The notes under the pieces were generated by a model. That model saw only the letters and a program-made list of their open reading frames with translations. It did not search any database and was not told the origin of the DNA. 64,000 bases of DNA, from assembly GCA_032718475.1 (NCBI GenBank), contig JAUCBJ010001932.1:2108-66107 (forward strand). Reading direction: 5' to 3'. The DNA is from Nemertoderma westbladi. Its lineage: Eukaryota > Animalia > Xenacoelomorpha. Position numbers and translations under genes: made by a program. Below are positions 39,409-50,611 of the stretch, in pieces (the stretch's first letter is position 1; each line of letters begins with the position of its first letter).

Positions 39409-42380
39409 GGGGGGGGTATAATAATTGGGGTCAAAAAATATAAAAAAAATTTTATACCCGTTTCTTGTAGCAAATTTTATGGAGATTTCAAATCTGTAAA
39501 CAGTTTATTTCTAGCTTGTCTAGTTTTCGAGTTATGGCTCATTATATAGACACGCATCCTGAAAATTATTTGAAAAAAATGACAAAAATTAACAAAATTT
39601 CCGGCTTGTTGCACTGAAATCATTGTATTGGCTAATAAGTTATTACAGGTTGGAATGTATTTTAGCGGGAAGTTTAAAACGAGAATTTGCACATTGTTAT
39701 GTTTTAGTTACTAACTGTATGCTGTATTGGTGTTTCAATCAATGCAATCAGCAGTTTTGACGGACACAGACTATAGAGCGTCCTCCATCTTCGAATCGAA
39801 AATTGTACATACATCGTTGACGATATAATTTTTATAATACAGTATGCCACGAATAACTCAACAACGGAAAGCAGGATTTCGAGGAACCAAGAAACAAGAT
39901 ACCGGTACATTGAACCTCGCGCATATGAAATCGATTTCAGTACCGGTACCGGTAGTGCCAAAAGATCGAGAACCGTCGCTAATAGCATCGAATCTGAATG
40001 TCCTACCCTCAGATGGAAAGTTGGAGGGATATAACGTTGTAGCAACGCAAATAATAAAGAAACTGATAATGGAGAAACATGATGATAAGCAATGTGACGG
40101 TACAGTAGTGATAAATGAGTCACATCGTGGTTATAGTACCAATTTTGAGGGGAAATGTTCACGTTGTGATTGGCAATATTCTACTTTCACGAGCGACCAA
40201 GTTTCTCGAACAGAACCTCGTCCTGGAAGAAAAACAGCGGATGTGAATCTTCGTGCAGTACTGGCTTGGCTTTATGTTGGTGGGACCCATGGTGATGCAG
40301 AGACGTTTTCTAGAATAATGTCACTACCATCTCCTGTTGCGAAGAGAGCCTGGCAATTTCATGTCAACGAAATCTCGAAGGTCACGGAATCACTTGCACG
40401 AGGAAATGCAAAAAATTGTGCAATGAAAGAGATTGACAGGGAAATATGTATATCTTTTGACGGTACATGGATGAAAAGAGGCCATCAATCACTTTATGGT
40501 GCCGCGTTTATCATATCCGAAAATACAGGACATGTCATTGATTTCGATGTTTGTTCAAAATACTGTAATATTTGTAGCCGCAACAAAGAAGAAGATGGCA
40601 ATGCTGATCATGAGTGTAATATAAATTATTCAGGGTCCAGTTCAGGTATGGAACCTCATTTAGCTGTTAAACTATTCAATAGATCCCTATCAAATAATGG
40701 TGTCATATATCAATCAATGGTATCGGATGGCGACAGCAGCGTTATGAAGAACATATTGGAGTCCGATCCTTACAGAGAGCAGAATGTAACAGTGCAGAAG
40801 AAAGAGTGCCTGAACCACGTTGCGAAGCGTCTATATACAGGTCTTTCCAATGCTCGCAAAACTCATAAACTTGGAGGCAAGGGAGGGTTGACTGATAGTC
40901 GATGTCACCAATTGCAGTCATATTACCGAAATACGATCGTGAAGAATATAGCAGATGTTGATATAGATAAACTCTCAGAGACTGAAAAATCAGTGCTCAT
41001 AAGCACGATTCGAAGTGAAATCGTGGCTGCAACACATCACTATTGTGATTATGGAGATAATGTTGAGAAACAACATGAGTTATGCCCTGAAAATAAGTGG
41101 TGTAAATTCAAAAACAATGCTATAAGTTACAAAAATGTAACATTTATAAAAGAGGCAAACATGAAGTTTATTTTACCTGTTTATGAACGCCTAACAACGA
41201 GCGAAATTCTGGAACGCTGTATCCCTGGCCTCACACAAAATCCGAACGAATCTCTGCATTCACGGCTATGGACTCGTCTATCTAAAGAAACGTTTGTGGG
41301 TCTAAGTACACTCATGTTTCATGTTTCGTATACTGTTTTAGTTCACAATCGGGGGTGTTCAGCAGAACAGATAATTTTGAAGAAGCTTGGCCTTGAGGAA
41401 GATGATGGTGACCTTGCAGAACGAGCAAAGAAGGTCAACCTAAAACGTAAACAGAAAAGTACTGAACACAAACCATCAAAGAAATGGCAAGCACCCGATC
41501 ATAAGTCATATAAATCTGGGGCCTTTTAATTAACTTTTTAAATTTCATTTTAAATTTTTAAATTTAATTTTAATTAATGAATATTAATATAGTGCCTAAT
41601 TTGAATTATTATTTTTTATTGATTTCAGTTTTTTGTTCAAATTTTGTCAAAAAATTCACACCCTTTAACATGTCTTTTATATGAAATAATATGACCTTAA
41701 GATTAACATGCGATAATAATACAATTTTTGGAATCTACATAAAATTTGGAACTAGATGAAAAAAATTTTATTAGAATTCACTGAGTTTATCTCATTTAAT
41801 CGAAATTTCAAAAATTTAACTTCATAATAAAATAAACAAACTTTAACTTTAAACCTGTTTTTCTCCAATTAGCATTTTTCAAACGAAAAATGCTAAGGCT
41901 CTGTCAAAAATGGCCCAAATGTGCTGATTTTTTGCATGATCGATGATTGTGGGGTCCTTTACAAAATGCATTGACAAAATTTTGATATTTTTTTAAAAAC
42001 TCAATTTTTTCGAAAAATTGGGCCAAATTTTTGAAATTTTGGTCATTTTTTGGACCAAAAATGTCCCTTTTGGTGCTTTTTGCTCTTCTCGACAAGATAT
42101 CAAAATTTTGTCAATGCAAATCGTTTGGGACGTCCTACTGACTTTCTCACGTGAGTTTTGAAGTATTTGGATAATTTGGCTAGAAGCCTTAGCATTTTTT
42201 TCATTTTTTGCCTTTTTGGCAAAATTTTGGCGAAAAAATAAAATTTTTGAAAAATTTTGAATTTTTCCAAAATTTTAATTCCTTAGTCACAAAACTCAAA
42301 ATATGACTCCTAGCAAAAAAATAATTTTAGATGCATCTATAGAGCGTCCAAAATTTATGGTCTATTATTATACCCCCCCC
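39409..42380 (+). mobile_element. Kolobok-superfamily DNA transposon, apparently complete (2972 bp)
   Basis: TTAA target duplication (39405-39408 and 42381-42384); perfect 17-bp TIR GGGGGGGGTATAATAAT; host RTE is contiguous when removed. Confidence 0.88.
39844..41529 (+). CDS. Kolobok-type DDE transposase, 561 aa, intact
   Basis: SFDGTWMKRGH, CSKYC..C..HEC..NYSGSS..ME, VSDGDSS, KKECLNHVAKR and TQNPNESLH motifs. Confidence 0.88.
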   Translation: MPRITQQRKAGFRGTKKQDTGTLNLAHMKSISVPVPVVPKDREPSLIASNLNVLPSDGKLEGYNVVATQIIKKLIMEKHDDKQCDGTVVINESHRGYSTNFEGKCSRCDWQYSTFTSDQVSRTEPRPGRKTADVNLRAVLAWLYVGGTHGDAETFSRIMSLPSPVAKRAWQFHVNEISKVTESLARGNAKNCAMKEIDREICISFDGTWMKRGHQSLYGAAFIISENTGHVIDFDVCSKYCNICSRNKEEDGNADHECNINYSGSSSGMEPHLAVKLFNRSLSNNGVIYQSMVSDGDSSVMKNILESDPYREQNVTVQKKECLNHVAKRLYTGLSNARKTHKLGGKGGLTDSRCHQLQSYYRNTIVKNIADVDIDKLSETEKSVLISTIRSEIVAATHHYCDYGDNVEKQHELCPENKWCKFKNNAISYKNVTFIKEANMKFILPVYERLTTSEILERCIPGLTQNPNESLHSRLWTRLSKETFVGLSTLMFHVSYTVLVHNRGCSAEQIILKKLGLEEDDGDLAERAKKVNLKRKQKSTEHKPSKKWQAPDHKSYKSGAF

Positions 42381-42727
42381 TTAAGATCTTCTCTCTTACA
42401 AGTAGCCTCAGAGTTTTGCCATGGCACATACTGCTTTCGTTAGGGTTTCTGGGTTTCTGGGTGAAATGCCTCTTAGCTAATTCCTTGTGGGCTGTTATTA
42501 TATTCTGGTATAATGAATAGGTAGACTGATCTGCATCCATAGCTGAAGTGCTTCAAAGCGGTTTTGAACTTCTTCTGTGTAAGCATCCTTTACTGCTCTG
42601 CCACTGTCAGTTCTGAATTTTATCCCTGTCAAAGTTGATTCGCTTGCTTGTCCTGGGTTTTCTGGCTCTCAAACTCAGTCTAATCTCTGCAGTCACAATT
42701 CTGTGCCAATCCGAACCAATTAGGTAG
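42381..42727 (-). mobile_element. RTE-clade LINE, copy C, endonuclease-end part
   Basis: Reverse complement of 1865-2190 (DADQSTYSLYQNIITAHKE). Confidence 0.85.
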
Positions 42728-42787
42728 TTGCCTCGCTGTTAATCAACAGCATGATTAACAGCGAGGCAACTACCTAATTGGTTCGGA
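42710..42787. repeat. Perfect 36-bp inverted repeat with 6-nt loop
   Basis: tccgaaccaattaggtagttgcctcgctgttaatca / acagca / tgattaacagcgaggcaactacctaattggttcgga. Confidence 0.95.
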
Positions 42788-42970
42788 ATATTAATTAATA
42801 AAAATATTGTTATAACTGAATTATTGTTAATAGTATATAAATACATAGGTGATTTCATGCGTGGTGATTTCATTTCTGATGTCAGTTATCATATATGACT
42901 GAATCTCGTCTGGTTGTCATACAGTAGTTCACTCAGTCAGTCTGTCAGTAAAAATGTAAACAAACATACT

Positions 42971-43213
42971 ACCTACTGTAGCTAAAACATTCCATATTGG
43001 GGTTTTCATTGGCTGTGATTCTTTTAATAATACTGTTTTATTGAGGAAGGCAATAAAACGCTCGTCGACTCTCATAGCTTCAGTAACTCACATCGTCACA
43101 TGACATACAGTAAAGATAAATGGCATGACTTAACTGTATGAATAATACAACTGTATTAGTATGCGTTCTCCGATATAACTCCATACGATTGGTAGTACAG
43201 TACAGTAGAGTTT
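42971..43213. repeat. Third, partial copy of the composite unit (end of 65-bp array plus spacer)
   Basis: Matches 14905-15140 and 58852-59088. Confidence 0.9.
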
Positions 43214-43218
43214 GTTTG

Positions 43219-43759
43219 TGTTAGCTTATTCAATCCCGCTAACACCCCATAAAGTTATAAGCCGATAAGCAATATTGGGAGCCACGAGATTGGGTAATTA
43301 ACCAACTCGTGGCATCCCAATAAGAATGGGAAGGAGAAGCACACAATGAGGGTCAGGGGCCAAACCCCTAACCCAGAGAGAATAGGTGGAGTGAACGGGA
43401 ACACTCCAAAGGGCGCCAACAAGGGTATCAACCAATCAGAGGGGGGAAAGGCATCGATTAGGTAGAGTAACAAGGCCAACCGTGCAATATAGCCACTTGG
43501 CAGTAATAATACCAATTCAGTTATCTCAGTGCAATACCGGTGCTAGATTAGGTTACAATAGTTTTAGATAGGGAAGGACCGGGACTTTAGTTACCGTATC
43601 CCGCCTTCCATATACGACAATATTATATCTATATCTATATCTATATCTGCATATCATATTATATACGACAAACAGTACAAGCTCATTTACTCTTTATACA
43701 CGGCGGGGACGCGTGAACTAAAACCGGATAAACCGGGATTCCTCTTGGATCCCGTCACA
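43219..43759 (+). repeat. 5' LTR of BEL element 1 (541 bp)
   Basis: Differs from the 3' LTR by two visible substitutions and one 6-bp microsatellite indel. Confidence 0.97.
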
Positions 43760-43768
43760 GTAACTAAA
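43760..43768 (+). promoter_or_regulatory. Non-tRNA primer-binding site (GTAACTAAA), complementary to LTR 43586-43594
   Basis: Directly follows the LTR terminal CA; no TGG; reverse complement TTTAGTTAC lies inside the LTR. Confidence 0.7.
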
Positions 43769-43826
43769 TCAGCTGCCGCCCTAGATAAACTCTGTAACCA
43801 CCAGCCACCAAATCTGCAGGGGAAAG

Positions 43827-46131
43827 ATGAGTCAGTCGGGTGAGATAACACCGACGCGGACCCCGGACGAAGAGCTAACGATCCGCGAGGCCGCAACCAG
43901 GCGATATAGGCCCACGACGCCGGACCCATCGATAACGGGTCATCCGGCAGTTCAGGACGAGGGGGGCCTGGAACCTGAGGTCGAGCCGAGAGGAAGAGAG
44001 AGCGAGACGGAGGGAGAAGGAGACGAGTCGACACGGGACGGGGGTCGACGCACCGATGTCGCCGGCCAGCCACAGGCCGAGGGCGACGAGCGGCCCACCG
44101 AAACGGCGACGGTGGGGCCGACGGTGCGGCCCCGGACGCAGAGAGACGAAGGAGATATCGGTACCGATGTCGCCGGCCAGCTACAGGCCGAGGGCGACGA
44201 ACGGCCCACCGGAACGGCGACGGTGGGGCCGCCGGTACGACGTCCAACCCGGAGAGACGGACGAGGGGTCGGCGACGAGGACGTCGGGGTTTCTGAGCGA
44301 CTTCGACGGGCCTACAACGCGACCTGGAGACTACTAGAGGAGGCCAGAAAGGGGAAAACGATAGACGAGGTAAAACTGAAGTCAGGACTAGGTAAGTCGG
44401 ACAGACATTTATACTATCTAATGCATTTCGGGCAGAGAGAATTGGCCGAGGAGAGAGCGAGAAAGGTTGCCGAGGAACTGTATGACTCATGGCGGCATGG
44501 GGGTATACAACCTAGTGTAGTGTACATAGGGCCATATATAATCGATGCCCGGGGTATAAAATTAATGGGTTGGAACAGACCTGAAGGGGGCGAATCCGAG
44601 GTTAACCCCGAGGATTCGGCCTCGTCGGTCGGAGGGAGTTCCGGGAGGAGGGGGAAAGTTAGTAGATCGGGAAGGCGGAGGGAGTCCGTCGCAACCGATA
44701 AGTCTGCTACATCCTCCGCGAAAGAAAGACTGGTGAGAGAGGCAGGTGCCGCGTACCGTCTCGAGCTGATAGAGCAAGGTCAGAGGGAAATGGATAAACG
44801 GCTAGAGGAGGGGAGAATGCGGCTAGAGAGGGAAGCGGCATTGATTAGAGAAACCGGAGAGAGGGCCGAAAGGGCTTTGAGAGGCCTTAGGGAGTGTGAG
44901 GAAAAGGAGGAAAAGGAGTGTAGGGAACGTGAGGCGAGAGAGGAAAGGGAACGCAAAGAGCGCGAGGCGGAACGCAAGGAGCATGAGGCAAGGGAGGAAA
45001 AGGAACGCAAAGAGCGTGAGGCGGAACGCAAGGAGCATGAGGCGAGAAAGGAAAGTGAACGTAAGGAGCGTGAAGCGAGGCGAAGGGAGAGTGCTAGGAA
45101 AGTAGTAGAGTTGGCTGAGCGGGACACGCGGGAGTGTGAGAGGAGAATGGCAGGAGCCGAGCGACACCATGATGAATTAAAGAGATGCCAAAGTGAGCTT
45201 GGGGAACATAGGGTTAGACGCGCGCACGAGCTGCAACTGGTGCGGGCGGGGGCGTCTGAGAGCGAGACAGGCTCGAGTATTTTAGAGGAGCCAGGGGCCG
45301 TGGATACATTTATTAATACCACACTTACAGGGACCGCACGACAGACCCAAAACTGGTGTGACCGTACGGGCGGGGGGGGGGGGGGGGGGGGTAATAATGA
45401 TAATGGTACAGTAGACGTGGTTAATATTAATAGTACCGTATGGGATAATTCTAATCAAACCTTTATTGCAGGAAATACTTTGCCTAGTGGTAGTAATTTA
45501 AATTTAAATCAGAACAATCTTAATATTAATGTAGAAAATAATCCTAATATTAATGTAGCTACGCAAAATAATCCAAATAATCAAAATAATAATAATTCAA
45601 ATAATTTAATTAATGAGCCAAGCCCGAATTTACAAGATAATTCAAATGATTTTATTTCGAACGAACAAGTTAATTCCGTTCCCAATACGGGACACGGGTG
45701 CTATTAATGTAAACACGTCGGGCGTGTATGGCCAGACAGATGGGGCCCAGGTAGGCCACGTAGTTGGTAGGCAGGGAGTGGCTGGGTTGGATGGACCCAG
45801 CGAGGGCCTGGTAGGCCACGTAGTTGGTAGGCAGGGAGTGGCTGGGTTGGATGGACCCAGCGAGGGCCTGGTAGGCCGCATAGTCGGTAGGCAGGGAGCA
45901 GAGGGCCTGGTAGGCCACGCAATAGCAGAGAGAGAGGCGGGGGTGAATAGACCCGACCGCGGTAGGGTTGATGTGTCGACTAGAGAGGGATATAGTAGCG
46001 GGATGAGAGATAGCGAAGTTAGATGTGGCGAGTGGGGGGGGGGGGGGGGGGGGGCTACGAGAGCCCCACAACAGCGAGTTAGCGGCGAAAGGGGGGGGGG
46101 CAGAGAGTGTCCCACAGCCGTCAGCGGATAA
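43827..46131 (+). pseudogene. Long low-complexity / coiled-coil N-terminal gag extension, frameshifted
   Basis: ORFs 43827-45707 and 45613-46131. Element 2 reads through the poly-G junction in one frame (35495-35902), so these pieces belong to a single gag-pol ORF. Confidence 0.75.
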
Positions 46132-49100
46132 TGCGAGGGCCGAAATAGGTAAACCGCAACAACCGGCGACGGAAAGTAATAGGGGGATTGCGAGTATCCC
46201 CAGCGGCGTGCGACCGAGCAGAGAGAGACAGGTTGACGTCGTAAGAGGGCGGACGAAGCGTCGAGCCCGATCCGAAGAGGGAAGAAGAACAGTGGGGTTT
46301 AACCGGGAGGTCGACGAGAGATCTCACGGGCGGGAATACTCCACTGAAAGGAGAAGAAGAGAAGACAGTAGTAGAAGTATCGCCGCGAACGATAGAAGAG
46401 CGAGGACGGATAGCGAGCCGTCGGTAGTCGAGATGAGAACAGAGAGTCAGTGGGGTCGGACTCCGGGAGATTGCCATCGCCCCGGAGAGACGCGACCCGG
46501 CGAGGCGCACTACGCGCCGAGAGAGGGGTACGCGATGTACCGGTACGAAGATGAGAACAGTAGAGAGGGGGGTCGAAGAGAAACTTTCCGACGGAATATA
46601 CCTACCGATCGAGAATACGGTAGCCGCGGGGAGGACTACTCGAGAAGGATAAACTTCGATCCCGAGCGACACATGCAGACTGTAGGACATACTGTAGGCC
46701 TTACTACACATACCGTAGGCCATACTGAGAGAGGCAATGTAGGCGATAGGATAGCGTGGACAACGGGATTAAACCCGGAAGTCGCGGAATACATACCGGC
46801 GGGTAGGCCAGAAGCTGATAGGCCTATACCGGTACCAGTACAACAGTATGACTACAGCATGCAGGGACATAACATATACCCAGGGGAGGGGGGAATTATT
46901 GCGGATAGGTGCATGGGCCCCAACATATTAACATCAACCCCAGTACCAAACATACCGGTGGGGGGGGGGGGACAGGGTGACATTCCCCCATCACAATATC
47001 AACAATATACCCCGATAGGAGCAAGAACAACGAGACCCTTGGATGAGAATAGGTCGTGTGATACAGACATATGGAGGGGGCCGCTACCCCCGATGACATA
47101 CACAAGTCAGAGAAAGTCAAGAAATAGGACAGACGGAACGCACCAGACAGGGGAAACTATACAGCATCCGTCGAACCCATTGGAAGCACAGGCGATGGGG
47201 ATGGCCACGTTGATCGACGCGTTGAAAACGAGGATCGAGCTACCACCCGTGGAACCATTCAAATTCGATGGGAGCAGGCCGGAAGAATATCTACAGTTTC
47301 GGCGCATGTATAGTAACGAAATACTAACAAAAAACTTGACGCAGGCGGAGTGCCTAAAGTATCTGCAAGTGTACACGGGAGGCCCAGCATACGATATCGT
47401 GAGGCAATATCAAGGAATAGAGGGCGGCTTCACGACAGCATGGCGGGCACTGGATAGGGAATACAGGCACCCGGCCAAGATCATCAGGCAGACGCTGAGA
47501 GGCATAACATCGGGTGGCCTACAGGATAATCCCGTTAGCATTAAGACGTTCGCTAACAAAGTCGAAAAGGCGCTAATCGTGCTGAAGACGCTAGACGCGC
47601 CGTACGAGCTCAATGCGTCCAACAACATCACCACGATAGCGCAGGCACTACCAAACTGGCTGCGCAACAAGTGGAGGAAAATCGCCTTCTCCACTCGAGA
47701 TAAGAAGGGTGCGGAACCGGGTTTAGAAGAAATGTCAAACTTCTTAAACTACGAGGCTGAGCTAATAACTGACCCAGTCTATAGCGAAGACAGCCTGGGA
47801 AAGGGACCGAAGACAGAGCACAACACATCAAACGCATTACCGAGACTCAGGCAATCATTGCCATATGCAGCGACGCAGGGGACCGCAAGTCCACAGCTAG
47901 CCGAGGATAAGACAACACCATGGAACGGACAGGGAAACAATAACAACACGAATAAACATAACCCCAGTACGTCCAGTAGGCTAAATCCAAACAATAAGAA
48001 TAGTAGGGACTTTGGTACAAACGCAACTGCGATACGCAATGCACTGTATAAAGAGGGCTACGACCCAAAGAGCAAATGCCAGCTACACGCAAATGCGCTT
48101 CATCAAACCATGAACTGCAGGTACTGGCAGGCGCTACCTAGGCAGGATCAGATAGATTATGCGTTCAGCAATAAAATCTGCTCGCGATGTGTAATGAGTG
48201 GACATAGAGCAAGGGAGTGCAAGGAGAAGCCAATAAAATTTGGTCAAAAGAGAGGCCAAACGATGGCGACCAGCACAGTAGGGGCGAAGGAGAGGGGAAC
48301 GGTGTTACTTGGAGTATTACCAGTGCAAGTTATCGGGGAAGGCAATCGATCAGTAACAACACTAATGCTGGTTGATAGTGGAGCTGCCTTCACATTAGTC
48401 GAGGAATGGGTGGCCGAAGAGATAGGATTGAGAACGAGGCCAAGCAGGATGGCGGTAACAACCATCTCTAGCAAAGATGAGATCCTGGAGATGAGAACAG
48501 GACGGTGCGCAATTGCAGCAATGGCACCAGGATGCGACTATGGGGCAACCATCGACCCCATCCAAGTGATAGAGTCAATTAATATTAATGCCAGGCGACC
48601 AACCAACATCGAGGTCGAGCAGTATAAATTCCTGGACGACATTGACTTCTCAATCCCAGACGTGGACGTTAGGAAGGTGTCCATCATAGTGGGCATGGAC
48701 TGCCCAACGGCCCACGAAAGAATGCAAACGGTCTTCGGCGAAGACAAGCAGAGCGACCCGGTGGCCATATTAACACCATTCGGGTGGACGCTGAGTGGTC
48801 CAATTAAGAGCAAGATACCATTTAGGATGTCGGAGACATCAGGATGCATGTTCGCGGGTACTATGCAGGAAATGGGTGACGAGGGAGCAGAGGAGCAGCT
48901 TAAAAGACTGCTCGGACAGGATTTCGAGGGACTGAAAGAAACCGGAGTCGGGACCTCAGTAGAAGACAAGCAGGCTTTACAAAGCGTGGAGGAATCAATG
49001 ACATGCGATGAGGGACGGTATACTATAGGAATGGTATGGAAACTACCGAAGATACCGCTGCCCGACAATAGGGGGATGGTACTCACGAGACTCCGCAAAC

Positions 49101-50611
49101 TGAAACAAACACTAAAACGGAGCCCCGAGAAGAATGAGTACATCCACAGAACAATTAAGAAGTACGTCGAGAAAGGATGGGCCGTGGAGTTACCGGTCGA
49201 CGAGCCGAACACAGATAGGACATATTACCTGCCACTGCACGTGGCTTTAGATCCAAAGAAAGGTAAACTAAGGATGGTAGTCGACGCATCGGCAAAGACC
49301 GACGGAAAGTGCTTAAACGACTACCTGTTAGAAGGCCCAAACATATACAATTCGGGCATAGAGGTGTTACTTAGATTTAGAAATGGGAAACACGCCTTCA
49401 CGTGTGACATAGAAGGCATGTTCAACCAAGTCCGTGTAACGGAAGAAGATAGCGACAGTCAGCGCTTCTTATGGTATAACGGCGAGGAAGAACCGTCGAT
49501 AATACCGGCATATAAGATGGTAGTACAGAACATGGGGGCCAAGTCGTCTTCATTTACGACGACTATGGCAGTGAGAGACACAGTAAAGGGGAAGGAAGAT
49601 AGATACAGCAGTAGGGCCATCGATATGATTCGACGCGGCTTCTACGTAGACGACGGAATGGAGTCTGGAAATACGGTTAAGGAGATACTGGATACAGGGC
49701 GCGAGGTTCGCGACATCCTAAAGGGATCCGGCTTTAACCTGACCAAATTCCAATCCAGTTCGGAAGAATTTATCAAAGCCATAGAGGACAGGAAACCAGA
49801 ATCGACCATGGATAATCCCACAACAGCCAAAGGGCAGGACATGGCGATTAAGAGAACGGAATCCCAGCAGAAGGCATTGGGAATCGTGTGGGATAGAGAG
49901 ACAGACGAACTGAAGTATCAGCTGAGCCAGGAGGGCGCAGACATCCACACGAAGAGGGGTTATGTATCGTATATAGCAAGGATATACGATCCCCTAGGCC
50001 TAGCATCCCCATTATTAGTCACGGGGAAACAGATACTCAAGAGAGTATACAAATTGAAAGATGAGTGGGACGTAGAGGTACCAGAGGAAATCAAGAAACA
50101 GTGGAGCAAGTTGACAGGAGACTTGGGGAAGATGGGAACATACAACATGCCACGGGTGTATTTCCCGGATGGGAACATGACGAATCTGGACCTACACATG
50201 TTCTCCGACGCGTCATTGGAAGCGTACGGAGCGGCACTCTACTTAGTACAACGAGAGGGGGCTCATAAGCCAAGACTAGCCTTTAGCAAAGCAAAGTCAA
50301 CGCCGCCAGATTCAGCATCAGTTCCTAAGTTAGAATTGACAGCTGCGAGACTAGGAGTAAGAGCCACAGCCTACCTAGTGGATACTATTCCCAACATAGT
50401 GGAGACACACTACTGGACGGATTCCATGGTAGTGCTTGGTTGGCTACACAACGAAAGGACGATATACCCGACATTCGTCGCGAATAGAGTGGACGAAATA
50501 AGGGCGAGTACAGAACTGGAAAGGTGGCACTACTGCCCAACAGACGACAACCCAGCGGACTTGTTGTCGAGGGGCGTGGTACGCCACACTTTCTTGAAGA
50601 AGGAAGTATAG
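46025..50611 (+). CDS. BEL/Pao gag-pol (gag core, zinc knuckles, protease, RT, RNase H)
   Basis: FDGS..EYLQF, C..C....H....C, LVDSGA, YYLPLH..KLRMVVDAS, FYVDD, LHMFSDAS, VPKLEL, DNPADLLSRG. Ends at a premature TAG (EV*WQHGPRFL). Confidence 0.93.
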   Translation: MASGGGGGGGLREPHNSELAAKGGGAESVPQPSADNARAEIGKPQQPATESNRGIASIPSGVRPSRERQVDVVRGRTKRRARSEEGRRTVGFNREVDERSHGREYSTERRRREDSSRSIAANDRRARTDSEPSVVEMRTESQWGRTPGDCHRPGETRPGEAHYAPREGYAMYRYEDENSREGGRRETFRRNIPTDREYGSRGEDYSRRINFDPERHMQTVGHTVGLTTHTVGHTERGNVGDRIAWTTGLNPEVAEYIPAGRPEADRPIPVPVQQYDYSMQGHNIYPGEGGIIADRCMGPNILTSTPVPNIPVGGGGQGDIPPSQYQQYTPIGARTTRPLDENRSCDTDIWRGPLPPMTYTSQRKSRNRTDGTHQTGETIQHPSNPLEAQAMGMATLIDALKTRIELPPVEPFKFDGSRPEEYLQFRRMYSNEILTKNLTQAECLKYLQVYTGGPAYDIVRQYQGIEGGFTTAWRALDREYRHPAKIIRQTLRGITSGGLQDNPVSIKTFANKVEKALIVLKTLDAPYELNASNNITTIAQALPNWLRNKWRKIAFSTRDKKGAEPGLEEMSNFLNYEAELITDPVYSEDSLGKGPKTEHNTSNALPRLRQSLPYAATQGTASPQLAEDKTTPWNGQGNNNNTNKHNPSTSSRLNPNNKNSRDFGTNATAIRNALYKEGYDPKSKCQLHANALHQTMNCRYWQALPRQDQIDYAFSNKICSRCVMSGHRARECKEKPIKFGQKRGQTMATSTVGAKERGTVLLGVLPVQVIGEGNRSVTTLMLVDSGAAFTLVEEWVAEEIGLRTRPSRMAVTTISSKDEILEMRTGRCAIAAMAPGCDYGATIDPIQVIESININARRPTNIEVEQYKFLDDIDFSIPDVDVRKVSIIVGMDCPTAHERMQTVFGEDKQSDPVAILTPFGWTLSGPIKSKIPFRMSETSGCMFAGTMQEMGDEGAEEQLKRLLGQDFEGLKETGVGTSVEDKQALQSVEESMTCDEGRYTIGMVWKLPKIPLPDNRGMVLTRLRKLKQTLKRSPEKNEYIHRTIKKYVEKGWAVELPVDEPNTDRTYYLPLHVALDPKKGKLRMVVDASAKTDGKCLNDYLLEGPNIYNSGIEVLLRFRNGKHAFTCDIEGMFNQVRVTEEDSDSQRFLWYNGEEEPSIIPAYKMVVQNMGAKSSSFTTTMAVRDTVKGKEDRYSSRAIDMIRRGFYVDDGMESGNTVKEILDTGREVRDILKGSGFNLTKFQSSSEEFIKAIEDRKPESTMDNPTTAKGQDMAIKRTESQQKALGIVWDRETDELKYQLSQEGADIHTKRGYVSYIARIYDPLGLASPLLVTGKQILKRVYKLKDEWDVEVPEEIKKQWSKLTGDLGKMGTYNMPRVYFPDGNMTNLDLHMFSDASLEAYGAALYLVQREGAHKPRLAFSKAKSTPPDSASVPKLELTAARLGVRATAYLVDTIPNIVETHYWTDSMVVLGWLHNERTIYPTFVANRVDEIRASTELERWHYCPTDDNPADLLSRGVVRHTFLKKEV

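Noticed and set aside
39844-41529. piggyBac or Mutator assignment
   Set aside because: TTAA TSD with GG termini (not CCY) and DGTW / SDGDS / TQNxNES motifs fit Kolobok; no 9-bp TSD
46033-46054. Programmed ribosomal frameshift at poly-G in gag
   Set aside because: Element 2 is in frame across the homologous site, so homopolymer slippage or sequencing error is more likely
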